DNA of 64,000 nucleotides from Priapulus caudatus (GCF_000485595.1 NW_014577084.1:431149-495148); one strand, 5' to 3'. Shown: positions 40,001-53,499, numbered from the stretch's first letter. Numbers and translations: made by a program. Notes: generated from the sequence alone by a model not told the origin.

Positions 40001-41159
40001 CGCTGCCCTGCAGGACATGAACACGGCTGTTCATTTGTCTCCTAGCCCAGCACACTTGTCAAACCGTGGTGTCATACAGCAGGTATGCGGTTTAAACATT
40101 TTTTGTGAATAAACTAGGATATATATATATATATAAATAAATATATATATATATATATTAAGTAATTATATAAGTGCCAGAAACGGACTTAAAAAGGGTA
40201 ATCTCACAGTGCAGCTATAACATCAGTCTGCCTGCAGAACCTAATCAGAGCATAATGTGATCTGCAGAGTATTGGTGACATGAGGAATGCAGTCGAAGAC
40301 TTTCAGGCTGCAGTGAGAAAGGATCCCACACACGCACTAGCTCACTACAACCTGGGCAACGTGTATTTATCCAACCGTCAGTACAAGCAGGCTGCTGCTG
40401 AATATACCATGGCACTTGAGAAGAAACCTGCGGACGATGCGATGTTTATGAACAGGGCTCTTGCTAAGGTGCGATTGAATGTAATTGGATTAATAAATAA
40501 CTACACTTGCGTGATGTATTTCTTAGTTACTACTGTTATTATTTTTGTAATCGTGTGCATTTTTTGCCAATAGGTCATGTTGAAAGACACAAGCGGGGCA
40601 CTTGATGACTTAGAAAAGGCTGCCAAACTGGCTTCACAGAATGGATCCATTTACTTCAACAGAGGCAACCTGTATTATACATTACAGCAGTATGAACTAG
40701 CAGAACTGGACTACAGCACAGGTATTATGTGCTATAATTTCATGCTGCAACATGTAAGACGTGTGGTATCGGCTACATTTTTAGCAGTTACTATAAATAT
40801 GTCTACACAGATTAAATATATAGCTGACTATACATGCTAGGTACCGCATGGTACATGCTGATCAGGTCATATGTTTGAAGTATCTATAGGTCATTTACTA
40901 CTAGCAAACATTCACAGCCAGCCCAAAGGCTATGTGCAATCATGTGTTTATGCAGGTAACAGTAACTAATATGAAACTTGTTTGTGTAGTATTAATGTAC
41001 GTAGTACTGACATTTTTCTGACTTTACTGTATTTCAGCCCTGGCTTTGCAGCCTGGAGATCCTATATTGCTACAGTGCAGATCCCTAGCTCGAGGTAAGC
41101 TTCACAGATTCACTGATGCCATGGTAGACCACCAGAGTGCACTCTGTTCAGTCGAGTAA
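25069..41159 (+). CDS. TTC6: Tetratricopeptide repeat protein 6-like, ~31 exons
   Basis: Exons, several checked in frame and others approximate: 25069-25225, 26344-26550, 32515-32710 (REWVRDIWNQWFDEVFP), 33049-33185, 33439-33585 (LEPQLMDGYWHRH), 33901-34021, 34281-34387, 34747-~34945, 35637-35750, 35878-36043, 36592-36727, 37036-37215, 38691-38885, 39599-39735, 40268-40468, 40574-40721, 41038-41159 (ALQPGDPILLQCRSLARGKLHRFTDAMVDHQSAL...TAA). Many TPR units; the C-terminus resembles vertebrate TTC6 as I recall it. 5' exons are less certain. Confidence 0.8.
25560..25800. mobile_element. Complete TTAGGG-containing MITE with 9-bp TSD (intronic)
   Basis: TIR AGGGTCTATGTCCC/GGGACATAGACCCT; TGCAGTAAT at 25551-25559 and 25801-25809; central GGTTAGGGTTAGGG. 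Confidence 0.85.
28183..28242. mobile_element. 60-bp degenerate palindromic remnant of the CAAGAG-ended family
   Basis: CAAGAGCTAATAA...TTATTAGCTCTTA with degenerate flanks ACACTAT/GCGCTAT. The same tip occurs at 13444. Confidence 0.6.
29048..29867. other. Assembly gap (N run) within a TTC6 intron
   Basis: Run of N. Confidence 1.
29868..30345. repeat. ~160-bp tandem repeat (about 2.5 copies) with GCCATTTT/CAAGATGGCGGCC hairpin
   Basis: GAGATATAGCTATTTTTTAAGAAAT...GCCATTTTGAATTCAAGATGGCGGCCGAA recurs three times next to the gap; probably transposon-internal. Confidence 0.75.
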
Positions 41160-41808
41160 ACCGATTATATGGCGGTGAAATAAAAAGATGAAAATGTGTA
41201 GAAAAGACATCTTTGTTCAACCCATAAGCTTCAGATAGACATGATATACTCATCACGTCATGATTTAGACATTCTAACAGCAAGAGGCAATCTGAATAGT
41301 CCTAGTGATACACACATTAGTTTTACCATTGTTGTCTGCTGTTCTATTGGATATGTCAGTTTGGGTTATTTTCATTTATACATCCAACAGTTTACATATA
41401 GGCATTTTGCTTGCAACATTCATATCATATAGAGCTAATATTATCTTTTATTCTATCTAGCGTACTTTAAATTAGTCACACAAACAATGTATTTATCGAT
41501 GCAAAAACGATTTTATTATCAAGATCTTTTGGTATCCTTATATGGTCACAGAGCTATGAGCAGTACACTCTTTTATTATTCTACAGTGCGTCTAAACCTC
41601 TATAAGCTAGTGATTTGTGACATGCATATAATCTTGTTGTCTCATGTTATGAAGATCATCAAGTATGGATTCAAGTTGCATTGTTCTAATGTAAACTATC
41701 GTACATAGCAACTACTACTCCTTATAATAGTATATGAGGTATATTGGGGCAACAAGAGCACCACCAATCTCTCTGGTTCATGTACTCTCCTTATCAATAG
41801 CAGCCTAT

Positions 41809-41857
<49 letters not shown>

Positions 41858-42251
41858 CACATATATACCATTGCCAGCTAATATAAAGTTTTATAATAAT
41901 ATAGTATCTATAGTATTGTAACTATTGAAAGTTGCTGTTACAAATCTATGCACAATTGTAGTATATATAATCTTGTCTAGTGATCAGTTGTTGTTTTTCA
42001 ATTCAAACTGTATTGATTAATACTCATACTGCATTAACTATATGCACTTCAATAGTGAGGTTACAATGTGCTATAATGTAACTTCCATACAATAAAAGAG
42101 CAAGTTCCTTTAAAACCTTACATAATGAATTAATGAAGGTGTGTACACGTGTCATTTTCATTGAAATAGTCGAACGTTGTAAGCCTAAACAAACTACATA
42201 ATCTGTGGAAATGTGTGGAATTTGTAGGTGGGCAAATACGTATAAAACAGC

Positions 42252-42676
42252 CTATTTGCGCAGGAGGCCAAATAGTCCATTGGGATTGCAAGCTCCCAGA
42301 CAACTACGCTCGTCATAGAATTTGTTCCTGTTTCCACCGCATCCTCCGAACGCGAATTCCTCACACTGTCCGGTGTGCTGGTTGTAGTGCCAGCGAGTGA
42401 GATTCATTGTGCACGGTCCTTCGTCGATATCTATGGTGCAGAGGACGTTGAGTGGAGGCCGGGCTATGTGCCAGCCACAACGGTCGATGCAATCTGCCCG
42501 CATCGCAAAGTTGTTGTCGTTGCCGCCGCAGCCGCTGTAGACAAAGCGCTCGCAGCGCTTGGTGTCCGCGTTGAAGTACCAGCGTTTCTCGTTGCCATCA
42601 CATGTGCCGGAAACGCGATCCTGCGTGCAAATGGGGTCCAGGCGTGTTGTCGAAGGGCTTGTTCTGTTCGTCTGCC
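42252..42676 (-). CDS. Terminal exon with two Kunitz/BPTI domains
   Basis: CTQDRVSGTCDGNEKRWYFNADTKRCERFVYSGCGGNDNNFAMRADCIDRC and CTIDIDEGPCTMNLTRWHYNQHTGQCEEFAFGGCGGNRNKFYDERSCLGAC. Confidence 0.92.
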
Positions 42677-45600
42677 CTGCAGAAATACAAGGGGAGGGAG
42701 CCTATTAGAACTGGTGTTCTAAGCATCTTAGTTTGGTGTAGGTATTTGTAACATCACTTAAAGTTGTAATGTAGAAATATAGATGTATATAGAATATATA
42801 GAAATGCGACAGTGTTAATGATCTGGGTCTTCCTGGTTTTATCAGCCGGGATCAATTGGCAGTAAACGAATTATATAGTAACCCCCAATAGTAAATCTAC
42901 AATGAAACGCTAATAACTTCTTATGAAAATGATAATCATGAAAAATTAACACATTTTAATAGTCGGTTTATAGGTGCACCTTGGTCACAGGATCGTGGAT
43001 AAGCTAGTTGTAGGTCTGGGTTTGCTTCCATTGCACATCTCACTTCGCACGGGTTGCTATACGTTTTACCATCACTGCCACACTGTGGGTTGTACTCCCG
43101 GGTGCAAATGCATGGTGCTACTGGTGTACCTGTTTCTGGAACGAAATGTTTAACAAATCTCTTCTCATATAGTGTTATCAACATTGCCCAGTTCCACTCA
43201 GTTGGGTGAACAAAAATCTCAATCGCGTGGTACACCATACTCGGAATAGCATTGAAATTAAATCTGAATTCTGATGTTTAAATTTTCTCTCAAGTATGTG
43301 CGTATTCTAATAGACATCTAATAAACTAGCTTAATAGATGTAATGGGCAAATATACGTGTGAAACGTGTATATCGAATGAATTTTACAATGAGTCATTAC
43401 CAAACATTACTCATAAACTATATTTTGACAGTTTTTCTGAATTGTTGTTTGTTTATGAAAATAGTTAGAATGGGTTGAAATCAAAGTGATATATTGTAAA
43501 TTTATACCTCCATTGACGAGTCTAATATTCTGCACTCCCGATCTGGGCTGTCTTAGAGAACAACAGACTGCTGGAGCATCTGCGCGGTCAGTATTGCAGG
43601 TAAATCGAGCAGGACATGGGCTATTCTGAGAACATGTCATGGCATAGCCTGCATCCCGTGAGTCTTCCAGGGGTGTGGTGCCCCCGGGGCAGACCTGGGC
43701 ATCTGCTCTGGTTTTGACTGGCTGTTCGAATGGTCGCTGACCGGGTGCAAATCCTAACAAGTATAAATAATTTGATTCACCTCAGACATGATGATGTAAT
43801 TAAAGACTAATACATAGACATAGTCTGTATTAGTAATATTCAAATTAAATGAGAAATATAGTTGACTTGATCAATATAAACATGCACCATGTAAGAATGT
43901 CATACCTTGGTCACATGATCTAGCATAAGCTAGCTGCAGGTGTGAGTTAGTTTGTTTGGCGCAGTCGAGTTCACACGGGTTGCTGTACGTTTTCCCATCG
44001 CTGCCACACTGTGGGTTATACTCCCTCGTGCAAATACAAGGAGCTGATGGTCCAGGTCCTACAACATGAAGTGCTATTAGCAGGCATGCCTATTAAAATG
44101 GAAATTTTCACCTTCATAGCCAGTCTGTGTTTTAACATGAGAATTGTTTAAAAGCTGCCGTGCGCATGTGTATCTGATAAATACAGCTAGCGAAAAGCCA
44201 CAACACGTGTTTATTCGTTGTTGCGGGCTTCTTGTACAGGAAAATGAGTTATTGCGTTTGTCCTCACCTTGAGGAAAAGTAGGTGGCTTGACATGTGGTG
44301 GTGAGATCTGTGGCTGCGGGCAGCACACGGCTGGTGCATCTGCTCTCCTTGTCTCACATACATAGTTGGTTGGACAGGGGTTGCGTTGGGAGCATGTCCT
44401 GGCAAGTGTTGGATCACGTTGGTCAGAAAGTGGCGTGTTACCGCCTGGACACACTTGGTCATCGACCCGTGTGCTTATTGAACTTGTAGATGTTGGAAGG
44501 CGTCCACTGCCTGACCTTGGCTGTCTTAACGAACAACAGACAGCTGGCACATCCTGCCGGTCAGTGTTACAGGTAAATCCACTTGGACATGGGTTGTTCT
44601 GAGAGCATGTCTTGGCATAACCTTCATCACTGGGATCTTCCAGAGGGGTGGCACCACCAGGGCACACCTGTTCATCAGCTCGTGTTTTCACCGGACGTTG
44701 GAATGGATCAACGGGAGTAGAACCTTTTAAAGATGAGAATAATTTTTGTTGTATCAGGTTAATGCAGTATTGTTAGCAGTAAACGATACACGCTGCCACA
44801 CTGTGGGTCATACTCCCTCGTGCAAATACAAGGAGCTGAGTGTCCAGGTCCTAAAACATAAAGTGCTATTAGCAGGCATGCCTAATAAAATAGAAACTTT
44901 CATCACATAGCCGGTCCTATCTTAATACGAGAATCGTTTAAAAGCTTTGCCGCGCGTTTCTATCATATAAATACATGTTTAGGAAATTCTCTTAGCAGCA
45001 TTACTAACCTGTAGAAGCAGGTAAACCTTCAACACACATTTTCGGTACTCTACAAGCTCCCGGAGCATTGCAGCAAAGCTGTCCTTGACTACAGCTTGCG
45101 TCCCCAGAACACCGTATGGGGTTGTCCACCGGACAGAAGAACAGATTAGTTAGATCTGGGCATATGGTAGCAACTGCAACAAGCAACACGTTGACATTTA
45201 AAATGGTTTTATGGGACTGACATTTAAATTCCCTCAGCAAACATGCGTGTCGGGAAACATTGTTTCCATGTGCGCGTAGTATTATGTAATGATGTAGTGT
45301 TGTATGAGTTGCGTATGCCAGGCAATTATAAGGTTATACCGAGTGACAGCCTAAGTCATGCGCTTCATAATAATGTGTTTAAAAGCAAGAAATATACGTG
45401 ATGCAAAACAGAGCAGCATTGAAAGTTGCAGAATTGCTAGAGCCCGAGGAAAAAATGGTTCTAAGAATCGGCACAAGCAGAAATGAAGCAGCAGAGCGAA
45501 TTTAGGCAACATTAAGATGTTTGGACTGGTAGAGGAAAACGGGATTTTACAGTGCGAGGGAGTTGAGAAGAGTGTTGAGAGAGAGCGAACGTAAAGGTGT

Positions 45601-48600
45601 CGGGCAGACTGTTCAGAGAGAGCAAAGGAGTCGGAAACAGCAGCGATAGAGAGCGAACGTGAATATATAGAAAGAGGGGATTATAAGTGTGTATAGTGAA
45701 TTGAAGTCGTAAATTGTATGCAAATAAGCTAGAGTGTTACAGAGTCATTGATATACATGAGCGTATTGTAACCAGCGGAAGCAGCTAGCGAAAAGCTGCA
45801 AGACATTTTGTGATTCGTTGTTGTGGGCTAGCAAATTATTAACATGTTGAGTGCAATCTTGTACAGGAAAGTGAGTTATTGCGTTTGTCCTCACCTTGAG
45901 GAAAAGTAGGTGGCTTGACATGTGGTGGTGAGATCTGTGGCTGGCGGCAGCCAGCACGGCTAGGTGCAATTGCTCTCGCTTGGTCTCAGCATAGCATAGT
46001 ATGGTTGGACTAGGGGTTTGCGTTGGGAGCCATGTGCCTGGGCAAGTGTTTGGATCACGTTGTACAGAAAGTGGCGGTGTTAGCCGCCTGGACACACTTG
46101 GTCAATCGACGCGCGTGTGCTTATTGAAGCTTGTAGATGTTTGGAAGGGCGTCCACTGCCTGACCGTTTGGGGCTGTCTAATCGACAGCAGCAGACAGCT
46201 GGCAGGCATCCATGCCTGCCGGTCACGTGTTAGCCAGGTAAATCCACTTGACAATGGGTTGGTTGCTGAGACGCATGACGTGCTTCGGCATAACGGCTTC
46301 ATGCACTGGGATCTTCGCAGAGGGGTGGCACCACCGGGCACAACCTGTTCATCCGCTGCGTGTTTTTCAAGCGCGGGACGTTGGAATGGATCAACGGGAG
46401 TAGAACCTTTTAAAGATGAGATAATATATTTGTGTTGTATAGAGTTAAATGCAGTATTGTTAGCAGTAAAGCGATACACGCGCATGCCAGCACTGTGGTC
46501 ATACTCCGCGCTCGTGCAAATACAAGGAGCTGAGATGTCCAGGTCGCCTAAAACATAAAGTGGGCTATTTAGCATAAGGCATGCCCTAATAAAAATACAA
46601 ACTTTCAATCAGCAGCGTAGCGGTCCTATCTTAATACTCGGAGAATGACGTTTAAAAAGGCTTTGCCTGCGCGTTTCTTCATATAAATACTGTTTAGGAA
46701 ATTCTCTAGCAGCGATTACTAAGCCTGTAGAAGCAGGTAAACCGCTTCACACACATTTTTCGGTACTCACAGCTCGCCGGAGCATTGGCAGGCAAAGCTG
46801 TCCTTGACATACAGCTTGCGGTCCACAGAAACAGGCCGGCGTATGGGGTTGTCCATCCCGAAGCAGAAGAACAGATTAGTTAGATCTGGGCATATGGTAG
46901 CCAATCTGCAACAAGCAATACACCGGTTGACCATATTTAACAAATGGTTTTATGGGAGCTGACATTTAAATTCCCTCAGCAAACATGCGTGTCGGAAAGC
47001 ATTGTTTCCCATGTGGCGCGTAGTATTCATGTAATAGATGTAGTGTTGTATGAGTTGCGTATGCCAAGTCACAATTTATAAGGTTTATACCGAGTGACAG
47101 CCTAAGTCAGCGCTCATAAAAAATAATAATGTGTTTAAGAGCAAGAAATATACGTGATTGCAAAACAGAGCAGCATTGAAAGTTGCAGACAATTGTAGCA
47201 AGCCCGAGGAAAAAATGGGTCTCTAAGAATCGGCACAAGCAGAAATGAAAGCTAGCAGAGCGAATTTAGGCAACATTAAGAATGTTTCGGCCTGCGTAGA
47301 GGGAAAACGGGATTTTTAGCACGTGCGAGGGAGTTTGAGAAGAGTGTTTGAGAGAGAAGCGAACGTAAAGGTGTCGGGCAGAGTGTTCAGAGAGAGCAAA
47401 GGAGTCGGAAACACGCAACGATAGAGAGCGAACGTTGAATATTAGAAAGAGGGATTATAAGTGTGTATAGGTGAATTGAATCGTAAATTGTATGCAAATA
47501 AGCTAAGAAGTGTTACGAGTCATTGATATTACAGTGAGCGTAATTGTAACGCAGCGGAAGCAGCTAGCGAAAAGCTGGCAAGACATTTTGTGATTCGTTG
47601 ATTGTTGGGCTAGCAAATTATTTAAGCATGTTTGAGTGCAATCTTGGTACAGGAAAGTGAGTTATTGCGTTTGTCTCACGCTTGAGGAAAAGTAGGTGGC
47701 TATGACATGTTGGTGGTGAGATCTGTGGCTGCGGGCCAGCACACGCTGGTGGGCATGCTGCTCTCCTTGTCTCACATACATAGTTGGTTGGACAGGGGTT
47801 GCGTTGGGAGCATGTCCTGGCAAGTGTTGGATCACGTTTGGTCAGAAAGTGGCGTTGTTACACCCTGGACACACTTGGTCATCGACCCGTGTGCTTATAG
47901 AACTTGTAGATGTTGGAAGGCGTCCACTGCCTGACCTTGGCTGTCTAACGAACAAACGAGACAGCTGGCACATCCTGCCGGTCAGTGTTACAGGTAAATC
48001 CACATTGGAGCATGGGTTGTTCTGAGAGCATGTCTTGGCATAACCTTCATCACTGGGATGCTTCCAGAAGGGGTGGCACCACCAGGGCACACCTGTTCAT
48101 CAGCTCCGTGTTTTTCACCGGGACGTTGGAATGGATCAACGGGAGTAGAACCTTTTAAAGATGAGAATAATATGTGTCGCATCGGGTGTAATGCAGTAAT
48201 TGGTTAGAAGTAAACTATACTTCGTATTTACACTCGCAGCTTTGCACGTCTACACAATTAGAACGCAAACCAGCGAGGCATACATAAATTAGACACTTAC
48301 TACGTTTCTCATACCTCCAGCCATTGTGTTTGCGCGAGTCCTCGATCGTTATCAAAAGCTGTTTTCGTTGGCCACTTGGCTAACACGACCTATAAAATGA
48401 ACTGTTCACATCTATTCTCATCGTTCTATAATAGGAAGTATTCTCCTGAAGAACGCTCGGCAAGGTCCCAGTCACGCGTGCGTAAANACTGGAAGATCGC
48501 CCAGTGATGAAGGTTCTGGCCCAAGACATGCTCTCAGAAGCAACCCATTCCAACGTGGATTGTCCATGTAACCTGACCGGGCAGATGTGCCCAGCCTGTC

Positions 48601-51600
48601 TTGCTTGCGATCGTTTATGACAGTCACACAAGATTCAGCGACGCCAGAGCGCTCTCTTGCGCACAGCGCACCAATACACTATAGTAATAGAGGCACAGCA
48701 CAGGGCGTTACTGTGGACAGACTAGACAATAGTAGCTGGGCGTCAAGGTAGCTTCACGACGCCCTATCTTACGACTGTCGAACCCACGTGATCTAGCGAA
48801 CCTTTGCCAACGGACATAGCTTACCCATACAATTGTAAAATGTTCCCTGCATTTAAAATGCTGAGAAATTACGCAGGTTACATCGCAGAACTCCCGAACA
48901 CGCGCCGTAGTCACAATAGCTATAATGTAACAAACACGCGTGTGCGAGTGCCTGCCTCCGATATTCCATTTCGAGCCCGCTAAGCTAAAGCCAAGCATAA
49001 AGCGCAGCCGGCTGAAAGGTGCGATATGATATTGGTTTACTGAGCCTATCCTAATTTAACCTATATTTCAAATCTTAATTTAGGGTCAGGGTTAGGGTTA
49101 GGGTAGGGCAGGTGTTAGGGTAGGTAGGGTTCAGGGTTAGGGCACTTTTTCCCGGGTTTTGCCATCATTCTTTTAATCATATCGTAACAATATATTAAAA
49201 TTAGAAGTGCCAGTAAACACGGTACTACTGACTCGCACCTTTCAGCCGGCGTGCGCATAAAGCGCGCGGGCGTCACACACACACAGCTCGTTCATTGTGG
49301 CTAAAAAATCTGAGTAGCAGCCGGTTGGGATTTCCGGAATCTATTAAATGTTAAGAAAAAACCTTAATGTTCAACTGAATGACGGCACTCGGTTCAACTT
49401 TCGACAGCGGAGTGAAAATGCCGAAAATTTCCATCTTCGATGCGAACTGATCGGCCGGGCATTTCATTATTTACGAAAAGTAAACAGGCTGGCGAAAGAC
49501 AGGTAGGTAGATAACTGTTACGCGGTCGTACGGGCGCCCCATTCATGTCCATCCAACGAGAAGGCGGGCTTATTCTGATTACGGAGATGCGAAAGATGCG
49601 ATCTGAGCGAACGCGTAGATCGCAAGTGCGGCCTTACACAGCGTTCCTTTTCGTAAATTTGTTGCAAACTATCGTAGGAAACCGTGTCTCCAACTAGGGC
49701 AGAATGCCCTAGTTTTCTGACCGAAAATTGAAAGATGCTGAGATCGGCGATTTGGGCCCATGGTCCGCCCATATTTAAAAATATCAAAGACTGGTGCCGC
49801 GTAGGCTGTGCTTGGAAGACCAAATGTTGTCAATCCTCGCGCGCCTCGGCGCATCATGGCCGCATTCACGTCTAGTCCCTATCTACCTATTATCCATGGA
49901 AACTTTTCAGAGCGTTTGATTGTGCCCCGTACGTGTGTAGTGACCCATACTTGCCCCTTGAAACACTTGATGGCCGTCCCTTTTCAGCGATATTCATCTA
50001 TCCAGAATCCATCGGCATCAACCCTGTCCACAGCTGTCATCTGCCGGCTGAATGTAATTGCTACGGCTGGTCATAAATAGCATTTACACCTCGTTACACT
50101 TAGCGTACATCAGGTCCCCGGTTTGTTTGATCTACGTAAGCTTAGTGACGGTCATGCAGTACGCAGCGGCTCGCGGGTTTGCTGAAATGCGATGGTTACC
50201 CGTCGTACATTTGCTCTCTAATTTCTTAATGAAGTTTCACATAAGAACATTTACCCGCCACCCAAGTTTAAGTATATTACGGTATTTCATCGTGGATATG
50301 GTCGCAGTAAGTACTAACAGTAGCTGTTCACATACGTTCACCGGCCTTTTAGTTGCATCAGAGGCGGTCCGATCATTGTGAAAGTACAAAAGATGTGTCT
50401 GATTCTACTCCGTCATTCTGCCACAGGTAGCGCACAATAACATAAATGGATATTTTGTGTGATTACAACTCGGAATAATTTTATACTAGTTTTAATGGTA
50501 ACACATAAAAAAGCGGACTTTTATAAGTTAGTCGTTGATATTCCATAAATTTACAATCTGAACATACGATGTAAATTTAGGCAGTTTCTTTCTCTTTTTT
50601 CGATACAAAATTGTATCGATTATATATATATATAGGCCTATATATGTATATATATCTAGGATATAATTTTGTCTAATATTGTATGTAATTTTTTACAATA
50701 TGGCCGCGCTGATGTCATCAAAAGGTTAGAACGAATAAACGAGAACACTATATTATGTAGTGGTAAGAAACATAAAGTAAGCAGAACACCTAGAACCTTA
50801 TTGAAACCTGTGACTGCTTGTGTATACGAAGAGCCCACATATAAAAATGTCGTGATTCCTGTAAAACCCCATCCTTCAACGTCCTAGGGAGATCTTAGGA
50901 GAGAGAGAGAGAGAGAGCAGATTAGCGCGCCCGTCAGGACTGATCGTCTCACAGAGGGGTGGCACCACCAGGGCACACCTGTTCATCAGCTCGTGTTTTC
51001 ACCGGACGTTGGAATGGATCAACGGGAGTAGAACCTTTTAAAGATGAGAATAATTTTTGTTGTATCAGGTTAATGCAGTATTGTTAGCAGTAAACGATAC
51101 TGTGTGTTTACACTCGCACTTTCACGTCTACAAAATTAAGAGCAAACGCGCGTGCATACATAAATTAGACACTGTTACTACTGTTCTCATACCTCCACAT
51201 TGTGTTTCGCAGTCCTCGATCGTATCAAAGCTGTTTTCGTTGCCCTGGCAACCACCATAAATGAACTGTTCACAACTACTTTTCTCGGCATTATAGAAGT
51301 ATTTCCTGAAGAAACCTCGGCAAGGTCCAGTCACGCTCGGCAAACTGCAATATCCTGGTTTCACACTCTTACCCTGGTCTATAAAGAAAGCAAAGACGTC
51401 TCGTCTAGTTTCACTTCCACTGCCAATTGTTACTAAGTTTTGTTATTGGTATAAAGACACATGAAATATATTTCATTTATATATTTAGACATTGATTTCT
51501 CCTGTTCCCATACCTCCACATTGGGTTTCGCAATCCTCGATCGTATCAAAGCTGTTTTCGTTGCCCTGGCAACCACCATAAATGAACTCTTCACATCTAC

Positions 51601-53499
51601 TTCGCTCAGAATTATAGAAATATTTCTTGAAGAAACCTTGGCAAGGTCCAGTCACGCTCGGCAAACTGCAATGTCCTGGTTTCACACTCTTACTCTGATC
51701 TATACAGAAAGCAAAGACGTCTCGGCTAGTTTCACTTCCACTGCCAATTGTTACTAAGTTTTGTTATTGGTATAAAGACACATGAAATATATTGCATTTG
51801 TAAGTTTAGACGAAAATATAAAGCTTAATGGATTGACTGATTCCTCATTGTCAGACTATTACTAGCGTATTTATTCAAAGGAAATCGTGGCAATTTCAGT
51901 AAGAACATTCATGGCCATGTTATATACCTCCATCGACGAGTCTAATCCCCTGCGCTCCTGATCTGGGCTGTCTTAGAGAACAACAGACTGCTGGAGCATC
52001 TGCGCGGTCAGTATTGCAGGTAAATCGAGCAGGACATGGGCTATTCTGAGAACATGTCATGGCGTAGCCTGCATCCCGTGAGTCTTCCAGGGGTGTGGTG
52101 CCCCCCGGGCAGACCTGGGCATCTGCTCTGGTTTTGACTGGCTGTTCGAATGGTCGCTGACCGGGTGCAAATCCTAACAAGTATAAATAATTGGGTTTCG
52201 CAATCCTCGATCGTATCAAAGCTGTTTTCGTTGCCCTGGCAACCACCGTAAGTGAACTGTTCACATCTACTTCTCTCTTCATTATAGAAGTATTTTCTGA
52301 AGAAACCTCGGCAAGGTCCAGCCACGCTCGGCAAACTGCAATGTCCTGGTTTCACATCTTGTCCTTTTATTTCTGCTATTAATGTTAGGACAATAATTCG
52401 TTTTTTTAAAGTTAAAGTTTATAAAATAGCAAGGTGATATACGTTTGTGGAACTATTGTTATTTTTAGCTTATATCGTAATATACCCTAAATAGCAAGTT
52501 CAATATATCTTCTTCCCTGCTGCCCGTATGATTGATAGTAAAGCTATCATAGTGGTCATGTTATCTGCATCGTACATAAGTGAGCCTGTCAGTGTGGATG
52601 ATTACCATCATTACGCAGTGGTTCCCTTTCAATCAGAGGTGGCAATGTCGGTTCCTCGGGGCAGCATACAGCACCGGCATCAGCGATCTCCGTGAAACAC
52701 GTATACTTGGCCGGACATGGTGACTCTGACCAGCACGCTCGGTTCTTGAAGGGATTTTCAGGATCACGTAGTGCTTCTCCTCCTCGGCAGGGATTGAATG
52801 GAGGTGGTATCTCTGCAAAGACATTTGTTGCAAAATTGTTACTAGGTTAAACTGTTACAGACCACGTTATTATAAGTTATATAAACACGTCTTACTATTA
52901 TATGAATCTAATATTCAGTGATCAAACTACAAAATGTTATAACGAAATGTTTACTGATATACATATATAGATACACATACTCTTGTGTTTGCGATCAATT
53001 ATAGTCTTCCGTATTCAAACAAATATTTCTTTTGCCAACATTCGTTTGCCTTTACACTACTTTGCTTTTAGGTTCGTTCAGGGTATTTGACCTCGCTCCT
53101 CCTCTGACCCGCGTACATTCATTTGTTCGTTTGTTCCACAGTTCTTTCATCCATTAAATTTTCGTTCACCTGTCCGCCCATGCGGTCACCGTTTCATATA
53201 CAAATTCAAGTGTAAAAGACATACGATGTAAGATATAAGATCGAATACCAACCTAAACATGCACAGTTAAACGAATACTATTATCTTACCTGACTGTTTG
53301 ATGGCTGGGTAGCACATTCTCGCCACCCTGCATGCTCCTGCTGCTCGACAACATTTCTCACTCTTTCTGCAGTCTGTATCGTCTTTGCATACCTTTACAA
53401 GCGGCTCAGGCAAGGGACAGTCGAAATACACTGACAGGTCTGGGCAAACCAGGGGGTCATCTAGTCTGGCATCCAAGGGCTGGGAATACAACAGAATAT
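42252..53499 (-). CDS. Mosaic multi-domain protease inhibitor gene A (WAP, Lustrin/WR1-like Cys-rich, Kunitz, Kazal modules)
   Basis: Clean phase 1-1 exons in transcription order: 53499-53290 WAP; 52812-52606 Cys-rich; 52173-51928 Cys-rich; 51699-51514 Kunitz; 51378-51193 Kunitz; [noisy region 45800-51035]; 45173-45009 WAP; 44723-44268 two Cys-rich; 44058-43906 Kazal; 43753-43508 Cys-rich; 43135-42980 Kazal; terminal 42676-42252 two Kunitz + TAG. No signal-peptide exon identified. Confidence 0.85.
44791..44850 (-). pseudogene. Half Kazal pseudo-exon
   Basis: Acceptor followed by [20 protein letters not shown], then abrupt fusion to intron sequence. Confidence 0.75.
45780..48486 (-). repeat. 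Indel-rich tandem copies of the Cys-rich/half-Kazal/WAP unit and a degraded Kunitz exon
   Basis: 45780-47560 repeats ~44180-45780, and 47560-48200 repeats it again in part, with scattered single-base insertions. 48313-48486 is a damaged copy of the Kunitz exon 51193-51378. Confidence 0.8.
49004..49254. mobile_element. TTAGGG-containing MITE with 9-bp TSD
   Basis: TIR GCAGCCGGCTGAAAGGTGCGA / TCGCACCTTTCAGCCGGCGTGC; GCATAAAGC on both sides. Confidence 0.8.
51193..51699 (-). CDS. Two tandem Kunitz exons (321-bp duplication unit)
   Basis: CSLPSVTGPCRGFFRKYFYNAEKSSCEQFIYGGCQGNENSFDTIEDCETQC and CSLPSVTGPCQGFFKKYFYNSERSRCEEFIYGGCQGNENSFDTIEDCETQC. Their upstream introns are nearly identical. Confidence 0.9.
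52191..52372 (-). pseudogene. Kunitz pseudo-exon lacking sixth Cys and splice donor
   Basis: ...FDTIEDCETQ is fused directly to the intron end before the 52173 acceptor; read-through is out of frame. Confidence 0.75.

Noticed and set aside
49518..50381. Several 66-107 aa ORFs
   Set aside because: No motifs recognised. The adjoining sequence (50450-50505) matches a repeat at 28990-29047 in reverse, so this is probably non-coding transposon interior.
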